Positions 50,817 to 64,000 of a stretch of DNA of 64,000 nt are shown piece after piece. Each line of letters begins with the position of its first letter. Within the stretch, counting starts at the first letter, position 1. Under the pieces are notes generated by a model, which was not told the origin of the DNA, searched no databases, and saw only the letters and a program-made list of their open reading frames with translations. This DNA is from Phoronis australis (lineage: Eukaryota; Animalia; Phoronida): the NCBI GenBank assembly GCA_002633005.1, contig NMRA01000214.1, positions 100,310 through 164,309 on the forward strand. Reading direction: 5' to 3'. The position numbers were made by a program, and so were the translations under genes.

Positions 50817-51030
50817 GGGAGCTGTAACCCTTGATCCTTGTTCAAATTGGTGCATCTGGTTCTAATGTAGACAACAACCAGATGCTCAATTTGAACAGGG
50901 ATCAAGGGTTACAGCTCCCAGCAGTGTATGGCCTCATTCTAAAACCAGGTCAACCTGACATAGGAAATCCAGTTAATGGCCAAGGCCCTAAAAGAGAGGG
51001 CGTAAATGTCTGACTCAGAAGAATTTTATG
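50817..51030 (+). mobile_element. Penelope-like 3' end fragment with inverted duplication
   Basis: NLNRDQGLQLPAVYGLIL resembles the PLE GIY-YIG C-terminal motif (LNRD.G..L...Y). A ~45-bp inverted copy lies at 50817-50861 vs about 50876-50919. Confidence 0.6.
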
Positions 51031-51962
51031 CTTTTTAGTTAGTGATTTAGCCATTTAACATCATATCATCGGAGAGCCATGAAAAACCTTTTTTATCACA
51101 AAAGTTGCATAACATTGGTTAGGTTTGTATCATACATCAGCCATTTCTGTGCTGTAAGACTTGTGATGTTATCAATCATGTAAACTATGTTTTTCCTACG
51201 TGTCAGCCAACCAGTGTCTTAGGGGTTTATGGAGGGAGATGACAATGACAAACGTTTCCTGCAATTGTTATTAGGCGTTACAAATCATGCAATTCTGTTT
51301 ACAAGTTTACTGTGAATTTTTGTGTTTTTTTCACAGCTGCTTTGAAGTGATTCACCAGTGGCCTTGGCAGCCAAACATCAAATCAAGCTAGTTCTCTTAA
51401 ATTATGGCATTGACTGAGTCACTTGGAAGTCTTTTAACAATTTATATGACTATGAAAAATTTAAAATTTTCCATTCTCATAAATGATGTGTCCAAATGAA
51501 TTCTGCTCCAATATTATTACGTACAAAAAACTATTATAAAAAAACTGTCACGTTCGTTGCCGCAAATTACACGAATGTAGAATAAAATGCCAATAAAAGC
51601 ATAATTCTGAAAAATGAAGTTAACAACTTACATTATCTCGCGTAACTTCAATATTTATAGACACCTTAGTGCTAAAATATCTGTGTTAGTATTGATTCTA
51701 ACATTTTCAGTCCCATGGACCAAATACATAAAAATGCATCAATTCCGAAAGTCCCATATGCTGTTTAGATATGCTGGCCTGCACATTCTCTTGTTAAGTT
51801 TCCTCTTGACATTGATGATTTACACCAGTTGAAATGTTTTGGAGGAATTGTTTCCAATTTATTTTGTTACCTAGGAGATAATGCTTACTAGCTCTTTCTC
51901 AGCTTGCTTTATTCCATTTTCCATAACAAACATTAAACAAGTTATTTGTTGATTTTTGAAAG

Positions 51963-53745
51963 TGTGGTGACAGAGTTGGCAACGGTTGAAGCAGGACATG
52001 GGAGGACGACTTTGGACCAGTTTCTGGAGGAAGTTGCTATGAATTCTGACAGTGATAATGACTATGATTTAGCGCCTGAAAGTGACTGTGATAGTGATGG
52101 GGAAAGTAACAATAACACGGATACTAACGATGATTCAAGCGATTCTGACCCCTCTGCTGTACTGGATGAGGTGCCAATAACTCGTGCATTACTTGACAGT
52201 GCATACGATGATACTTGGCTCACACCCTTCACCCACAACACTGGGCCTCTTAAACACAATGAAAATTCGTCCGAACTAGATGTTTTCTGTGACTTTTTCA
52301 CAAACGAAGTGTTTAATATTATGACCAGCGAAACGAACCGATACGCGAGTCAGTTTATCCAGAAAGCTGGTGGTATGGATGGACTCAAAGCTCATTCAAG
52401 GATAAAGAGGTGGGTCGATGTTGATGTTTCGGAGATGAGGGCATTTGTTGCCATTTTGATACTGATGGGAATTGACTGCCGCGCAAATTATGAGCTATAC
52501 TGGACAACAGACGGTTTCCTGGAGATGACCGGTTTCAGGAGTATCATGTCTCGAGATCGTTTCTTGTTGATTCTACAATTTTTTCACTTTGTAGACAATT
52601 CTAACACACTGTCACGAGGACACCCTCAGCATGATCGAATTTTTAAGGTGCGGTCCCTCATTAATATCCTTGTACCTGCATGGCAAGCAGCATTTCATCC
52701 TGGTCGCGAGGTGTATGTAGACCAAAGTATTATACCTTCTAAGGATCGGTCTGTCGTGGCACAGTGCTGCCCGAACAAATGTGGCCTCAGTGCCTGGGTG
52801 CTTGCGGATGCTAGGACTGGGTACACGTGGAACTGGAACTTAAATGTTGGTAAACAGGGCGGTGAAAGTTCCAAGCATGGTGTGATGTACAGAGTCGTCA
52901 CTGATATTTGTAGACCATTGTATGGTCTGGGTCACCATGTTTACATGGACAATCGCTTCACGTCACCAGTGCTGTTTGACGAGCTCGCACGTCAGAATTG
53001 TGGCGCCTGTGGAACTCTAAATGTTAACTGCAAGAAAGTGCCTGGTGCTGTGAAGGAAGCTCAGGGAATGGTCAAAAAGGGTGATCCGGCAACAGTTGTT
53101 CGCAGTGGTAAAAAAATGTACGTTGTCTGGAAGGGTGAGCGTACTGTAAATGTTGTGTCTACAGTACATGACACAAGTACCTTCACAAAACGTGTGCGTG
53201 CCCGCAGTGAAGCTGACAGCCACAATAAGATTATAAAACCGTGTGCAATAGAACTGTTTACCAAGTACATGGGCGGTGTAGACATTGGTGAACACCATGT
53301 GTGGTCCTTCGTATCCCTGCACCAGTCTATGAAGTGGTGGAAGAAGGTTTATGTAGCACTGCAGGAAGTGTCACTCGTCAATGCATTTATAATCTTCCGT
53401 AACGCGAGTGGGAACAATATAACACCTTACCGGTTCCGGTTGAATGTGGTGAGAGGGCTATTGGCCGATTACAGTCGAAATCGTATAGTGCTTCGCCCTA
53501 TTGGGGACGTTCCAAACCGTCTGACACAACATCACTTCATCGAAATCAATCCTACGAGAACGAGTTCTGGTCGCCAGTCATTTCCAGATTGTGCCGTTTG
53601 CTCAAACCGGAAGGTGAAGCGACACCAGACCGAATATCAGTGTGAACAGTGTAGAATACCTATGTGTCCCCACCCGTGCTTCAGGCTGTTTCACACCAAG
53701 CTTAATTACAAGACTGACTGTGTCAAAGAACTGCATAGAACTTAA
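51963..53745 (+). CDS. PiggyBac transposase-derived (PGBD4-like) protein, intact terminal exon
   Basis: Uninterrupted ORF of about 594 codons with ETNRYA, MSRDRF, VYVDQ, YMDNRFTS, GTL, YMGGVD, KWWKKV and a C-terminal Cys-rich domain (CAVC...CEQC...CPHPCFRLFH). AATAAA at about 53835. Confidence 0.95.
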
Positions 53746-56596
53746 GTCATTAGATGGATTTTATATAACTTTGTTAATATTGTGCCTATTGCCATGTTAG
53801 TTTTTGTGATCTATCAGAAGTATGGATATTCATAAATAAAGATTAGCAGCTGTATTTTGGGTGTTAGTTGTGATGTTATCATGCATCAAAACTAAAGGTG
53901 ATAAAATACTCTGAAAGTTTTGTTGTTAGTTAGGACATTTACTCACAAAAAGCAGAGAGTTTTTTTGGAGACAGGCTCTTATTTAAATTACCGGGTAGCT
54001 AATTTGGTTGTCTATCTAATAGTCCCACCAACTGATGAGACATTAGTACCATGTTTTATTACCCACACCTGGAGACCGTAGAAACATGAAGGCCTATTCA
54101 GATCAGTGATAATAACCTGTCCAATGTATATTCCCTGAAGCCTTTAAGTTCACTTCATGACCAAAATAGCCATATTTCACCAATCGCCATACTGCACAAG
54201 CTAAAGGTATTCAGACAGAATGACCCTGGAATTCCACGTGAATACTTGGAGGAAGCTGAATTCATCATTGGGCTGGTATTACTTGTGACTGAGAATGAAG
54301 CGGAATTGTCAGGAAGTAAGAATCTTAAGATGGCCATTTTGTAACTGGAATCCCCCCCTCCAAGTAGTGACTACCAGAACTAGTCGTTAGGAACCAATAT
54401 TTTGCCTTTCATTTTGTCTTGAACTTTGCCTCTGCTACTTTTCCTACTTCTCGGGTGTAGTTTTTGTTGACTGCAAGTGGCAGCTGGGTGTTACATGATG
54501 ATCCCTCAAGAATATGACATTCATAGAAACTGAAGTTTGGGAGTAAGATACACAATGTAAGTGTGACTTTGTTGTCCACAAAAATTTAGCTCCTGGCCTT
54601 AGTTAATAACACTGGGACCAGATGAAAATATGCATTCAACTATTGGGATACCCATTCTTTAGCAACTTCAGAGTAATATGAAAAGATGTTTCAGACAAGA
54701 TTGTTTTAAACCCCCTCGACCCCCTTGACCAACAACCCTCATGATGCCCACGACCCCCTTCGACCCACGACCTGTGGCAATAGAGCTATTTTTGTACTTT
54801 TTACATAATTCATAATCTTATTACGAGGTTGAGTGACTTTCCCATAAGACATACCTACACACGAGTCTGCTCTGGCTCTAGTTTGGTGATTAAAAACAGA
54901 AATTGGCATGAGAACATGATCTGAAATAGCGCATTGTCAGCGCACTATCATTGTTATGGGATGTTCCACGAGCAACTACCAATGGCTCAGTTCTATTAAA
55001 CTTTGGGAGAGAGTACGTTAATGTGAATGTACATAATTTTGCATTTTTATTTGCTCTCTGTTTTATACTTGTTTACAATATACTCCATAAAGTGTTGAAA
55101 TACTTTTTAGTTAACAGCTTGTTTTAAACTTTATTTACTGATAAAATTACTGTTTTGTCGGTTCCTCACACTCTCCGCAAAAAAGGTTGAATCTGCCATT
55201 CACTGAAGAGCAGACGAGACGATTACACTCTGCCGGGAACAGCGTTTGTAACGTTGGTAGATCACATTTGATTTAGGCCAGAACAGAAGCACAAACTTTA
55301 AAATCAGCGCGTAAGTAAATAACGACATATCTATTACTCAAAAACATTCTCAAGGAAACAGTTCACAGACTCAAAACAGGCGACACAGGTAGAGAAGAGA
55401 CTGTACAGGTACACATCAAAATGCATTGTGAGGAGAAAGAGACTAGAAATCAAAACAGTTTGAGCTCTAATGAACTAATGTTTCTATTGAGGTAATGTTC
55501 AGCATGGTTCAAACGTATTTCCATGGCCTCCTTCATGATTTGATTTGGTCGCATTGTTCTTTTTACTGGTTTTTGGCTTTCAAACTTGCCGAATCAACTC
55601 TTTTATTTGCCAAAAATGGAAAAGCCAGCTGAACTCAAGGCCCAACTCATAATCAGAAGAACTTGTATGTTCAGATTGAGTCAAGCTTGTGTAGATTGGG
55701 TCGAGGGGGTTGTTGGTCGAGGAGGTCATGTCCTGAACCTGAAAATTACCAGCACACAGTAATCAAACCTATGACCTTCAAGGGACGAAAAGAGTCTCCA
55801 ACCACAATACGGTTAGTCGCAACCTTGATCCTGGAGATTTTTAGCCTTGAGCATCTGTTCATTTTACAGTGATTGTTATCAAATTAGGTACTATATAATT
55901 TCCTAATAGCACTGGTTTCAGCATAATCGTCATGCAGACAAATAAACTACTTCGCTAAATGACATTTCCGCGAACTCTTTGAAGCGGTGCTGGAAACAGC
56001 TGAATGTGTGAGTCTTGAGTTGCCCAAAGGTGAACCAGCACTGCGTTATGGATGTCATTCGGATCCTTTGTTTCGACCACATAGTTTTTAACTAAACAAA
56101 AAATGAAAAAAATATTCACAAGAAACGTATTAATCTCACATTCACGAAGCTTTCACATTTCTTGTCATCCAGTATGTTTCAATGGCCTTTTGTAGTTTCA
56201 TAGCATCTTCAGCATGGCTGATTGGCTTTCAACTTATGCAAAACGTGCCTCAAGTGTTCCAAGACAATAGCTGGTTTCTGCCATCAAGAAGCCTGCTTTG
56301 CCATTGACTTAATACTCTGAACGATCCACTTTTGGACGAGGTTGGCTAGTGATGGCTTTTTAATACTCTTAATTTCCAGTATTACATGCTTGTGTATGGA
56401 AATCAGTGTCATGTTAGTGCACATACTCCTTGTGTAAATTTGTTACTGGGCTCTGTTACTGAAATTCGGTCTTTTCAGCCTGTTACATAACAAACAGGAA
56501 ACAGGTAAGTTATCATTATCGATTTCACCTCACTTATTGCCTTGGCAATAAAAATGCTGTATGACTTTTTTATCTTGAAAACTTATTTCTCCCCAG

Positions 56597-56649
56597 ATGA
56601 GGATGCAGAGACTGACTCTGGTGACATATTTTCAAGGCGAAGAAATACG
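56597..56649 (+). CDS. Possible small exon of an uncharacterized gene
   Basis: TTTCTCCCCAG / GTAATT, encoding EDAETDSGDIFSRRRNT. Confidence 0.4.
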
Positions 56650-58818
56650 GTAATTTGTTCCGCAGATAATAATGTTTTTCTGTTATGGTTTCACCTATTT
56701 CCCCCCAAAATTAACTGCTAATTTCCTGTTCCAATTCATTGACTGGGTGTAAAGAATTTCATGACTTCGAATACCGTTCACCTCTTCTCTACTCAACTCC
56801 TGGTCTTATTCTTTTTAAGTCTACAATTGAAAGCTTTCAATTTGTATGCTGGTAAGGTCGTCAAAATATGTTCTCAATTAAAGATAACATTCAAGGGAGC
56901 ATCAAGCGATTATCTTCTGGTTACATTCGGGTTCAAAAATTTCAGAACTGCTAGATGCTAAGTTGTTACATTAAACTTTCAATAACTGTCAATGAAACAT
57001 TTCAATAGAAATAGTCGACAGTCTTGTTCAATAGAAGGTAAACCAACTACAGTGCAGCAAAGTCAGTCAACAAAGTAACAGCATTATCAGAAAATCTTGA
57101 ATAATTCAAAAAGTAGAGGTCGTAGCGAAAAATAAGAAACATCTTCCGAAAGCCCATTCAAAACTATTTAACCCACAGTTCTAAAATTCTACAGTAACGT
57201 CTTCAATTTATCAATAAGATCCAACGTTCCTGAAAAAAATCATTGTGTGCTCTGCATTCAAGTATCTGCCTTCGGGAACTATGTATTCATAGCATCGGCA
57301 AGAAATATATACTGGCACTTATTTTTGGAAGTTTCTAATACGGTAAAAACGTTTGAATTAGTGCAAAGGTCATCTTATTATCAACATGTAATTTCTCTTA
57401 CAGTTTTAAAGAATTCTTATTGTTTGTCACCTTTGTTAGGGGTCTAAATTTGTGTTGGTACAAAATGGATTGACGGTTTACATTTTTCAGATTAAATTCA
57501 GCAACACTGTGAAAACGGTCCGACTTTCTAAGTCGGTGTGTGGTGATTCAAGCTTAATCACTCCAGCAGCACCAGAGAAGCAGCAAAATTTTGCTGCAAA
57601 TGTTCAGATATTCAGTGCAGATGCTCCGATCTCTCCTTTTGCATCATGTTGGTGACGTAACAGTGTCTCTGTCCACAAACGCAACTAATAAGTGGATGGC
57701 GCTAGGCACTTGTCAACGATTTACACATAACAGTAAGGGGTGTTTGAATTGAATTTTGTCTCATATTTCTTTCTTTTGCTAAGCTATTGTGCCTACATTT
57801 AGTGGAGAGCCTCCAATTCTTTGATAGTGTGTACTTTCTATAAATCAGGTCTAATTTTTTATGGAGAGTCTACTAAATGCACGGGTATCAATTGGTTGTC
57901 AATGATGCCCAGAGGTCTAAACTGGCAAAGAATACAATAAGTTAAAGAAGTTTTGCAAAAATGCATGTATAAGCACCTGAACTTCGATACAATTTATCAC
58001 ATGCACCTAACTTACCACACTATGATTTACACAAATATCGATGTACAGGACGTTTACTTTTACCCAGGGACTCAGCGTCACATTTGTAGTATGTTTTCTG
58101 ATTGCATGGCATATCGAAGGCGAACACTTAATGGGAAGACTTTATGTAAGAAAAGAACGAAACCAAAGCCAGATTTAGGCAATGATTTAGGAATGACAAC
58201 TAGCAGGCCAATTATCTCCCAGGCTTCAAAGGATTACTGAAACCTGGCGGAATGGGTTGTCTTAACTTCTGTTGTAGTTGGATGATTTTGGTGATTCAAA
58301 AACTAAACATGATCAGCATATTTGGCAAGGAATTCAGAAAGGCTATTGGTTATTGTTCAAATATGTTAGAGAGCCGGCCCTCCAACCATAAATGCCGGAA
58401 TTAAGTTAATCAGTCATGTAAGATATTGGCTACAGGGGTGATCTTCCCAACTTGTTCTTGGGCTATAGAAGTTAGGAGCAACGTGAAAATTCTGTAATGA
58501 CATTGTCAGTTTTACTCGTTCATTTTGCTCCTCTGACGAACACTGCTGGATCAACTGCCTGTTTTGACAAAAGTTGTACTCATCTTCCTGGTTAATCTAG
58601 CTCAAATACTTGAAAATACTTTATAGAAAGTCTAAAATGGTGGTGTGTCATTCAACTCAGTATTGTGACGAGTTGAGATGTCTACTGTGTGTAATTAGGT
58701 CCTATGAATTTTGTTACTGGTGGCTTCCTTATGACCTCTTTTAATGCTGATAAGTCACGTGCATCTAGGACAGAAAAGCTTGAATGTATTTTCAAATGTG
58801 TTGTCAAATTTCTTTCAG

Positions 58819-59073
58819 AAACGGGAGATCAGGAACAGACATGGGATTGTTATAATGATAGCTGCCATGAGCAACCGATGCTATGCACTGGCAGTGCAAA
58901 TCATGGAAATGTGGCGACGTAACAAATTTGGTAAAAAAGGAAAAATCCATAAAGAAGCAACGCAATACCTGTTCAAGCCTCTAAAGTCATTCAAAGGCGA
59001 ACAGGCCCAGTATGACCTGATGTATTCTCTAAAGTGTGGGGACATCACCCTAATGGAGTACATGACATCAAAG
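58819..59073 (+). CDS. Internal exon of an uncharacterized gene
   Basis: TTTCTTTCAG acceptor, phase 0-0, 85 open codons: KREIRNRHGIVIMIAAMS...ATQYLFKPLKSFKGEQAQYDLMYSLKCGDITLMEYMTSK. Confidence 0.65.
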
Positions 59074-59663
59074 GTAGTAACTTTAAGTTTCTTTGCAATA
59101 TTTTTAGTGTTATGTTACAAAGCATTCCTATAAGAACTGCATTGACAAAAAATTACCAAAAGCATTTCAAACTTGTTTGATTCTTTTAAAAATACAATGC
59201 ATTGTATGGTAACATTCATGAAAATATTATTATTTTGCACTTAATCCTAAATATATATCTTTGTTGTAAAATAACCTTTATTCGAAAATGCTTAATATGT
59301 AGGAAATTATCTATTAAAAATTTAATTCTCCACTTAAACATTTTTTAAATCGGGGATCCATTCCGGACTATGTATCCACAGAGAGCGCAGATTTGAATGT
59401 GAGAATTACCGTAATCTTCCTGGTGAAAGACCATGTCCCGGTAAAACTGAACTCTCAACTTCTGTATGACTTTCGGTTTTAAAGCCCATTATAAGTACCG
59501 TTCAGGTAAGGGCCCATCTCTCACTTTTCTTGATGGCTTGGGTGGAATCCAGGATGTTTACAATAAGTTTGTTTGCATGATACAAACCTCAGCTTATTTT
59601 CACTGTATTGTACTATCTCTGAACCAATTTGGCATTGTAACATTCATGGCAACTGTATTGCAG

Positions 59664-59696
59664 CCTAATGATCAGAACCCTCAAGCAACTGTCCAG
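59664..59696 (+). CDS. Possible micro-exon
   Basis: TTGCAG / GTAAGA, phase 0-0, encoding PNDQNPQATVQ. Confidence 0.45.
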
Positions 59697-60609
59697 GTAA
59701 GAAAAATGTGTATACCACGTGTATATGGGTCATGCTTTGGATGAGGCATTATCAGTAAGTAAATATGTATTTTCAATCGACCTACAATCTCGAGAAAAAA
59801 CCTCATCCTGATAATCCTCAAACCAAATCAAGAGCAATATTGTAGGCAGTGAGTCAAATTTGGCCAAGTTCAAACTGACATTAAATAAAAATTAATCCAG
59901 AAAGAATGCCTATGAGTCCCATTTGGAGTGTAGTACAACCAAAAAAGATAAAAACTGTTATGTTGTCTTATTCAGGGATCACTTATTTGGTGTGCAGAGC
60001 AAGTAAACCAAAGCAATCAACATCGCTGTTAAATGTCACTGGTGAGCAAAGGCAAGAGACCTATTATGACTCACTGTTATAAGGTTATTGACCAGTTTGT
60101 GCTCTTAGCCAAATAACTACAAAAGCTACAATTTAACCCAGTAAAAGTGCATATTTTCTGAAAGTGTAGAAATTGATTTTTGACTTTATACCAATCCCTG
60201 ATTGATAAGTAATGTGACCATGGGTTTTTCTAGATACATGTATAGTGATTGCCATATATTCTTAATTAATAACTGGTGTCCAGTGAAGGCTCGTTTCAAA
60301 ATTTTTGGGGTTTACTGCAATTTCTTGGAATTCCGGAATCAATCCAGAAACCGATCATTTCACTAGTATCTTGGATCTTTTAAAGGAAAATACAGAATGA
60401 TAATCGAGGAATTAAACAATAACGTTCATGTATTTAGTTTTTTGTCTCTTACCACTTATCAAAATTATGTCCAAGGAGCGCATTCATAAACTCAGCATGT
60501 GTCTTTTAAGCTTAATTGTGTCACATAACAAAAACACAGCCTTGGGCAATCACTGTGTGCATGCATTTAGCGCCTGCACATGTATCTGAAATAATGCATT
60601 TTGACCTAC

Positions 60610-60780
60610 AAAAGTGTTTGGCATATCCCTATGTTCCTCTTGTAATACTGGGTATCCTTTATATGGCAAAGTGTTTGGCATATCCCTATGTTCCTCTTGT
60701 AATACTGGTATCCTTTATATGGCAAAGTGTTTGGCATATCCCTATGTTCCTCTTGTAATACTGGGTATCCTTTATATGGC
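60610..60780. repeat. Tandem repeat, ~57 bp x3
   Basis: Unit AAAGTGTTTGGCATATCCCTATGTTCCTCTTGTAATACTGGGTATCCTTTATATGGC. Confidence 0.95.
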
Positions 60781-61822
60781 ATAAAGATACGTATTAACCT
60801 CAACTTAAGTGCATGATCTGGCTCGTGCAAAATATTTTTAAGCACTTTCGTTTGACTGATGTACCAGGACAAAAATTGCCACTCAGAAAACACGTTCTGT
60901 TAAGCTCACTTTTGAAATTTTGTTGAACCAGATGCCTAACAGGTTGCAGAAATAGTAAGATATGATGTACCTACATCCGGAGCATCATTTTCAAAATGTT
61001 TACTTAGCGTTTAGGCACCCAATTCCAGATAAAGACACAGCTGCAAAGATAGGCGTAATGCACCTAATCATGAGCATGCACGCTAAAAAGTTTTTGTAAA
61101 GGAAATGTACATTCATTGCTAAACAACGGTAACAATGCCGTGACTGGTGAATTTTTTTAAAATCTTCTAAGGGAAGTCTCAAAAGCACTGTTTAATTTTA
61201 CTTTATTATCACTTTGTTTTAGGCGATTGAGCTTTTTCCGTGAAAATCTGAAGTTTATTAATTCCTGGTGCAAAAGTGAAACATTTTAAAAAACAATTTG
61301 TAAATGCATAAAACATATTATCGGAAAGTTTCATACAAATTCTACGTTTCCGAGATATGATGGTCCAAAGTTAGACTAGTTTGACCTTTTTGTAGGGTAC
61401 CAGATAGCTTTAGTAATACTTCAGAACAATAGATATTGCCAATTGAAGGTGTTTTCCAAAGCAATGGGCACATTATTAAAAGTACCGCCAATGTAGTCTT
61501 AGGAGTATAACTTCATTTCTACGATGTGATGTTCTGAAAATCGTCATTTTTGTACATTTTCCAGTTATTGATCACTTTTAGCTGCTTTTCCTTCCATGCG
61601 CTTCTTAGCAACAAAAAGGATGGTGAGAAATTTTTCAGGCAGATTTTAAAGGATCAGTGGTATGGTCTTCCTGCTGGCTTAATAGAGGGAAAGGAAGCTT
61701 TTAATTGAAGTTTGTGCTTTTGTATGTATTTTAAAGACACAGAAATAACAGAATAGTGTCTGGGAAGCTTTATGTAATGAAGATCTTGTATTGAAAGTAA
61801 CTGGGGGACATTTTTATTGAAG

Positions 61823-61990
61823 AACATGAGGAAATGCCAGTCAGTGATTGAACAGCAAGGAAAACGGATAGAAACCCTCCTCGATGACTTGAAGCGAGAG
61901 ACCCTGTACTCAAAAAAGTTGGAAAGGGACAACAATATTCTGAGGAGAAAGGTTTCCAATCTGGAAATGGAAATTACACAGCTCCTAAAG
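61823..61990 (+). CDS. Coiled-coil exon of the uncharacterized gene
   Basis: NMRKCQSVIEQQGKRIETLLDDLKRETLYSKKLERDNNILRRKVSNLEMEITQLLK then AG|GTAAAC. Heptad pattern, phase 0-0. Confidence 0.7.
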
Positions 61991-63321
61991 GTAAACTTTC
62001 ACCGATATTGTTGTTAGCATTTTCTTTGTGCACTGTACAAAAATAGTGTATAGAGTACAAATGGGGTACAAAATTGCACAAAATGGGTTTGGGAGTGAAA
62101 TGTTTTAAGATCCATTAATGTGGTTTGACTATTACCATCCACGGGCAGTCTGAAAACAAGGAAAAGTAAACAGTATGTGTTACATCAAAAATATGCGGGG
62201 AGGAAATGGTATGCACCATTTCAAGGCTCAGATGTTTACATGGTAGCCAAATTTCCCAACTGATGCAAAATATATGGCACCCACATCATTTTAAACCATG
62301 CTCACCACTGCTTGCTCAATAAAAAGCTGCCTGCTGTGTCGCATTTGCAAAGCTGTCGTTTCTTTCCTAAAAAGCAAAACAAAAGCTTCCACATTAGTTT
62401 TCTGGTAAATTTGTTTACCACATCAGCTCCAAAAAGCTAAAAATAGTCTTACAAATGTATGATACAGCCGTAACTTTTTGTAGTATCAGTTGAGGCACTG
62501 CATCACTCTTAGACTTTACTAAGTAGGTATGTTAGAAAGGCAAGAAGAACAAAACACATGAGCCTGCTTTCTGCCCACACCATTTCGAACCTTGCCCTTT
62601 TCTGTTTATACAAAAAATAATTATTAAACATCTGCGCCACGGCATCCTTTTAGCAGATATCAGACGTATTTCTGTAATGAAAAACCCAAAAGCTCATCAC
62701 TCCATCAGTATTGAAAACAACTACAGAACCATGTTGGCCTAACCCAAACAAGATTGAACGGCTATCTTTAATTACTTATTGCTTATCTCACTTGAAATTC
62801 CATGCTTTAATTGTTAGATCAAATAAAACTTTCATATCTTCCAAGTACAAGAATAATTATTTTGGTCATTGTAAGAGTTTGGCCCAAATATCAGAATGTC
62901 ACAAGAATGACATGTTTATGTGATCAGGGTTAATTTTTGTGAACTAGTTAATACGTGAAGTGTCCAGACTTTTGGAAATGCAATATATGCAAAAATCCTA
63001 ACACCCAAATTTCAGAGTAGTTACGTACCAGGATTCGTTCAGCTTAGTCTTCTGTGTCCAAAATTTTAGAAATTACTCCAAACCATACCTGTGACTGCTG
63101 GCAACTCATCGGGACTCAACTTTAACATCCTTCGCCGCAGAGATAACAACTCTTGGGCTGTCTCCGGTGAGTCCATTCTTTGTTGAATGATGTTTAGATA
63201 AAAAAAAATTTTTATCAAGACCTGGATGATTTAGCAAGTAATCTTTCTCTGTGACGTTCTGAGCCATTGATCTGTGAAGTTGATTTGGCTTATTCACATT
63301 TTTCAATGTTATGGATTGCAG

Positions 63322-63393
63322 CAAAACATGACAGAGCTACCTGCTGAAGGCCCAAGTGGTGTGAATGAACAGGGCAGCAAGAACATCACTAAT
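63322..63393 (+). CDS. Possible small exon of the same gene
   Basis: TTGCAG / GTAAGT, phase 0-0, encoding QNMTELPAEGPSGVNEQGSKNITN. Confidence 0.55.
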
Positions 63394-64000
63394 GTAAGTA
63401 GAACCCCTAGTCTGAGTGTTGCTATGTTATTAAGATTATGCTTAACATTAGAAAAATGGATAAATTTGGCTAACTTCATTACAAAGTATTTTTGAATGGC
63501 CCATCAAAATCATTTGAAACTTCAAAATATTATGATTTTGGCACTGTTCTACAAAATGTTCCAATGGGGCTATTCGGTAAATCTACAATAACTAGAGGGC
63601 GTGCGCGTACTAGTGGTGATAGATTAACAGCCTCGATTTCACGAGCCCTTTAAATACATGGGGAAATGGCTTGCAGCCATGCCAACTGAATCTGAGATTG
63701 CGTAAAAAGGGTGCTTCTATGAGAGGAAGTAAGCACGACCTCATACAAAGGTAAGGTTTGTGATTATTTTAACGATTATTCCATGATTATTCTACCGATG
63801 CCTGTTAACTGAGGCACTCGCAGATGTCGACTTCGCGGCAGTCAGTCGCCAGTCAGAGTCTGGTTAATCTCTGTATGTTGTGATATGTGACACGATACTT
63901 GACGTAGCAATCGGGATCTTTTCGTACATCAAAGCATTATTATTGTTTGGAATGATTTCTAAAAGTTTATCAGTGACAGTTACATCAATCAATGCTGAAT

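Noticed and set aside
54710-55730. Possible ~1-kb element with GACCAACAACCC inverted ends
   Set aside because: The inverted match is short and imperfect, with no clear termini or TSD.
60610-60780. CRISPR-like periodicity
   Set aside because: The units are contiguous with no unique spacers; a simple minisatellite in a eukaryote.

Overview
This is AT-rich eukaryotic DNA, probably from a marine invertebrate (inference), with spliceosomal genes embedded in many transposon fragments. There is an assembly gap at 5601-5958 and single Ns at 11091 and 18181. The main gene (+ strand, 19301-35680) has nine exons that splice in frame. They encode seven phase 1-1 Ig-like domains, one TSP1 repeat, and an intronless last exon with a transmembrane helix and a helical cytoplasmic tail. 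That tail ends in a domain closely resembling the dynein heavy-chain microtubule-binding domain (MTBD), so this looks like a cell-surface receptor with its own dynein-type microtubule-binding module. This is the best candidate for a novel system. Downstream are a C2H2 zinc-finger exon, an intact piggyBac-derived ORF that splices in frame to an upstream exon (likely a domesticated fusion gene), and part of another multi-exon gene. Mobile DNA includes Tx1/L1-like and CR1/L2-like LINE pieces, Penelope-like pieces, a decayed Gypsy pol, nested TIR elements with a hAT fragment, a Helentron-type HINE, a Kolobok-like THAP element and tRNA-type SINE heads. All family assignments come from visual motif recognition, not database searches.
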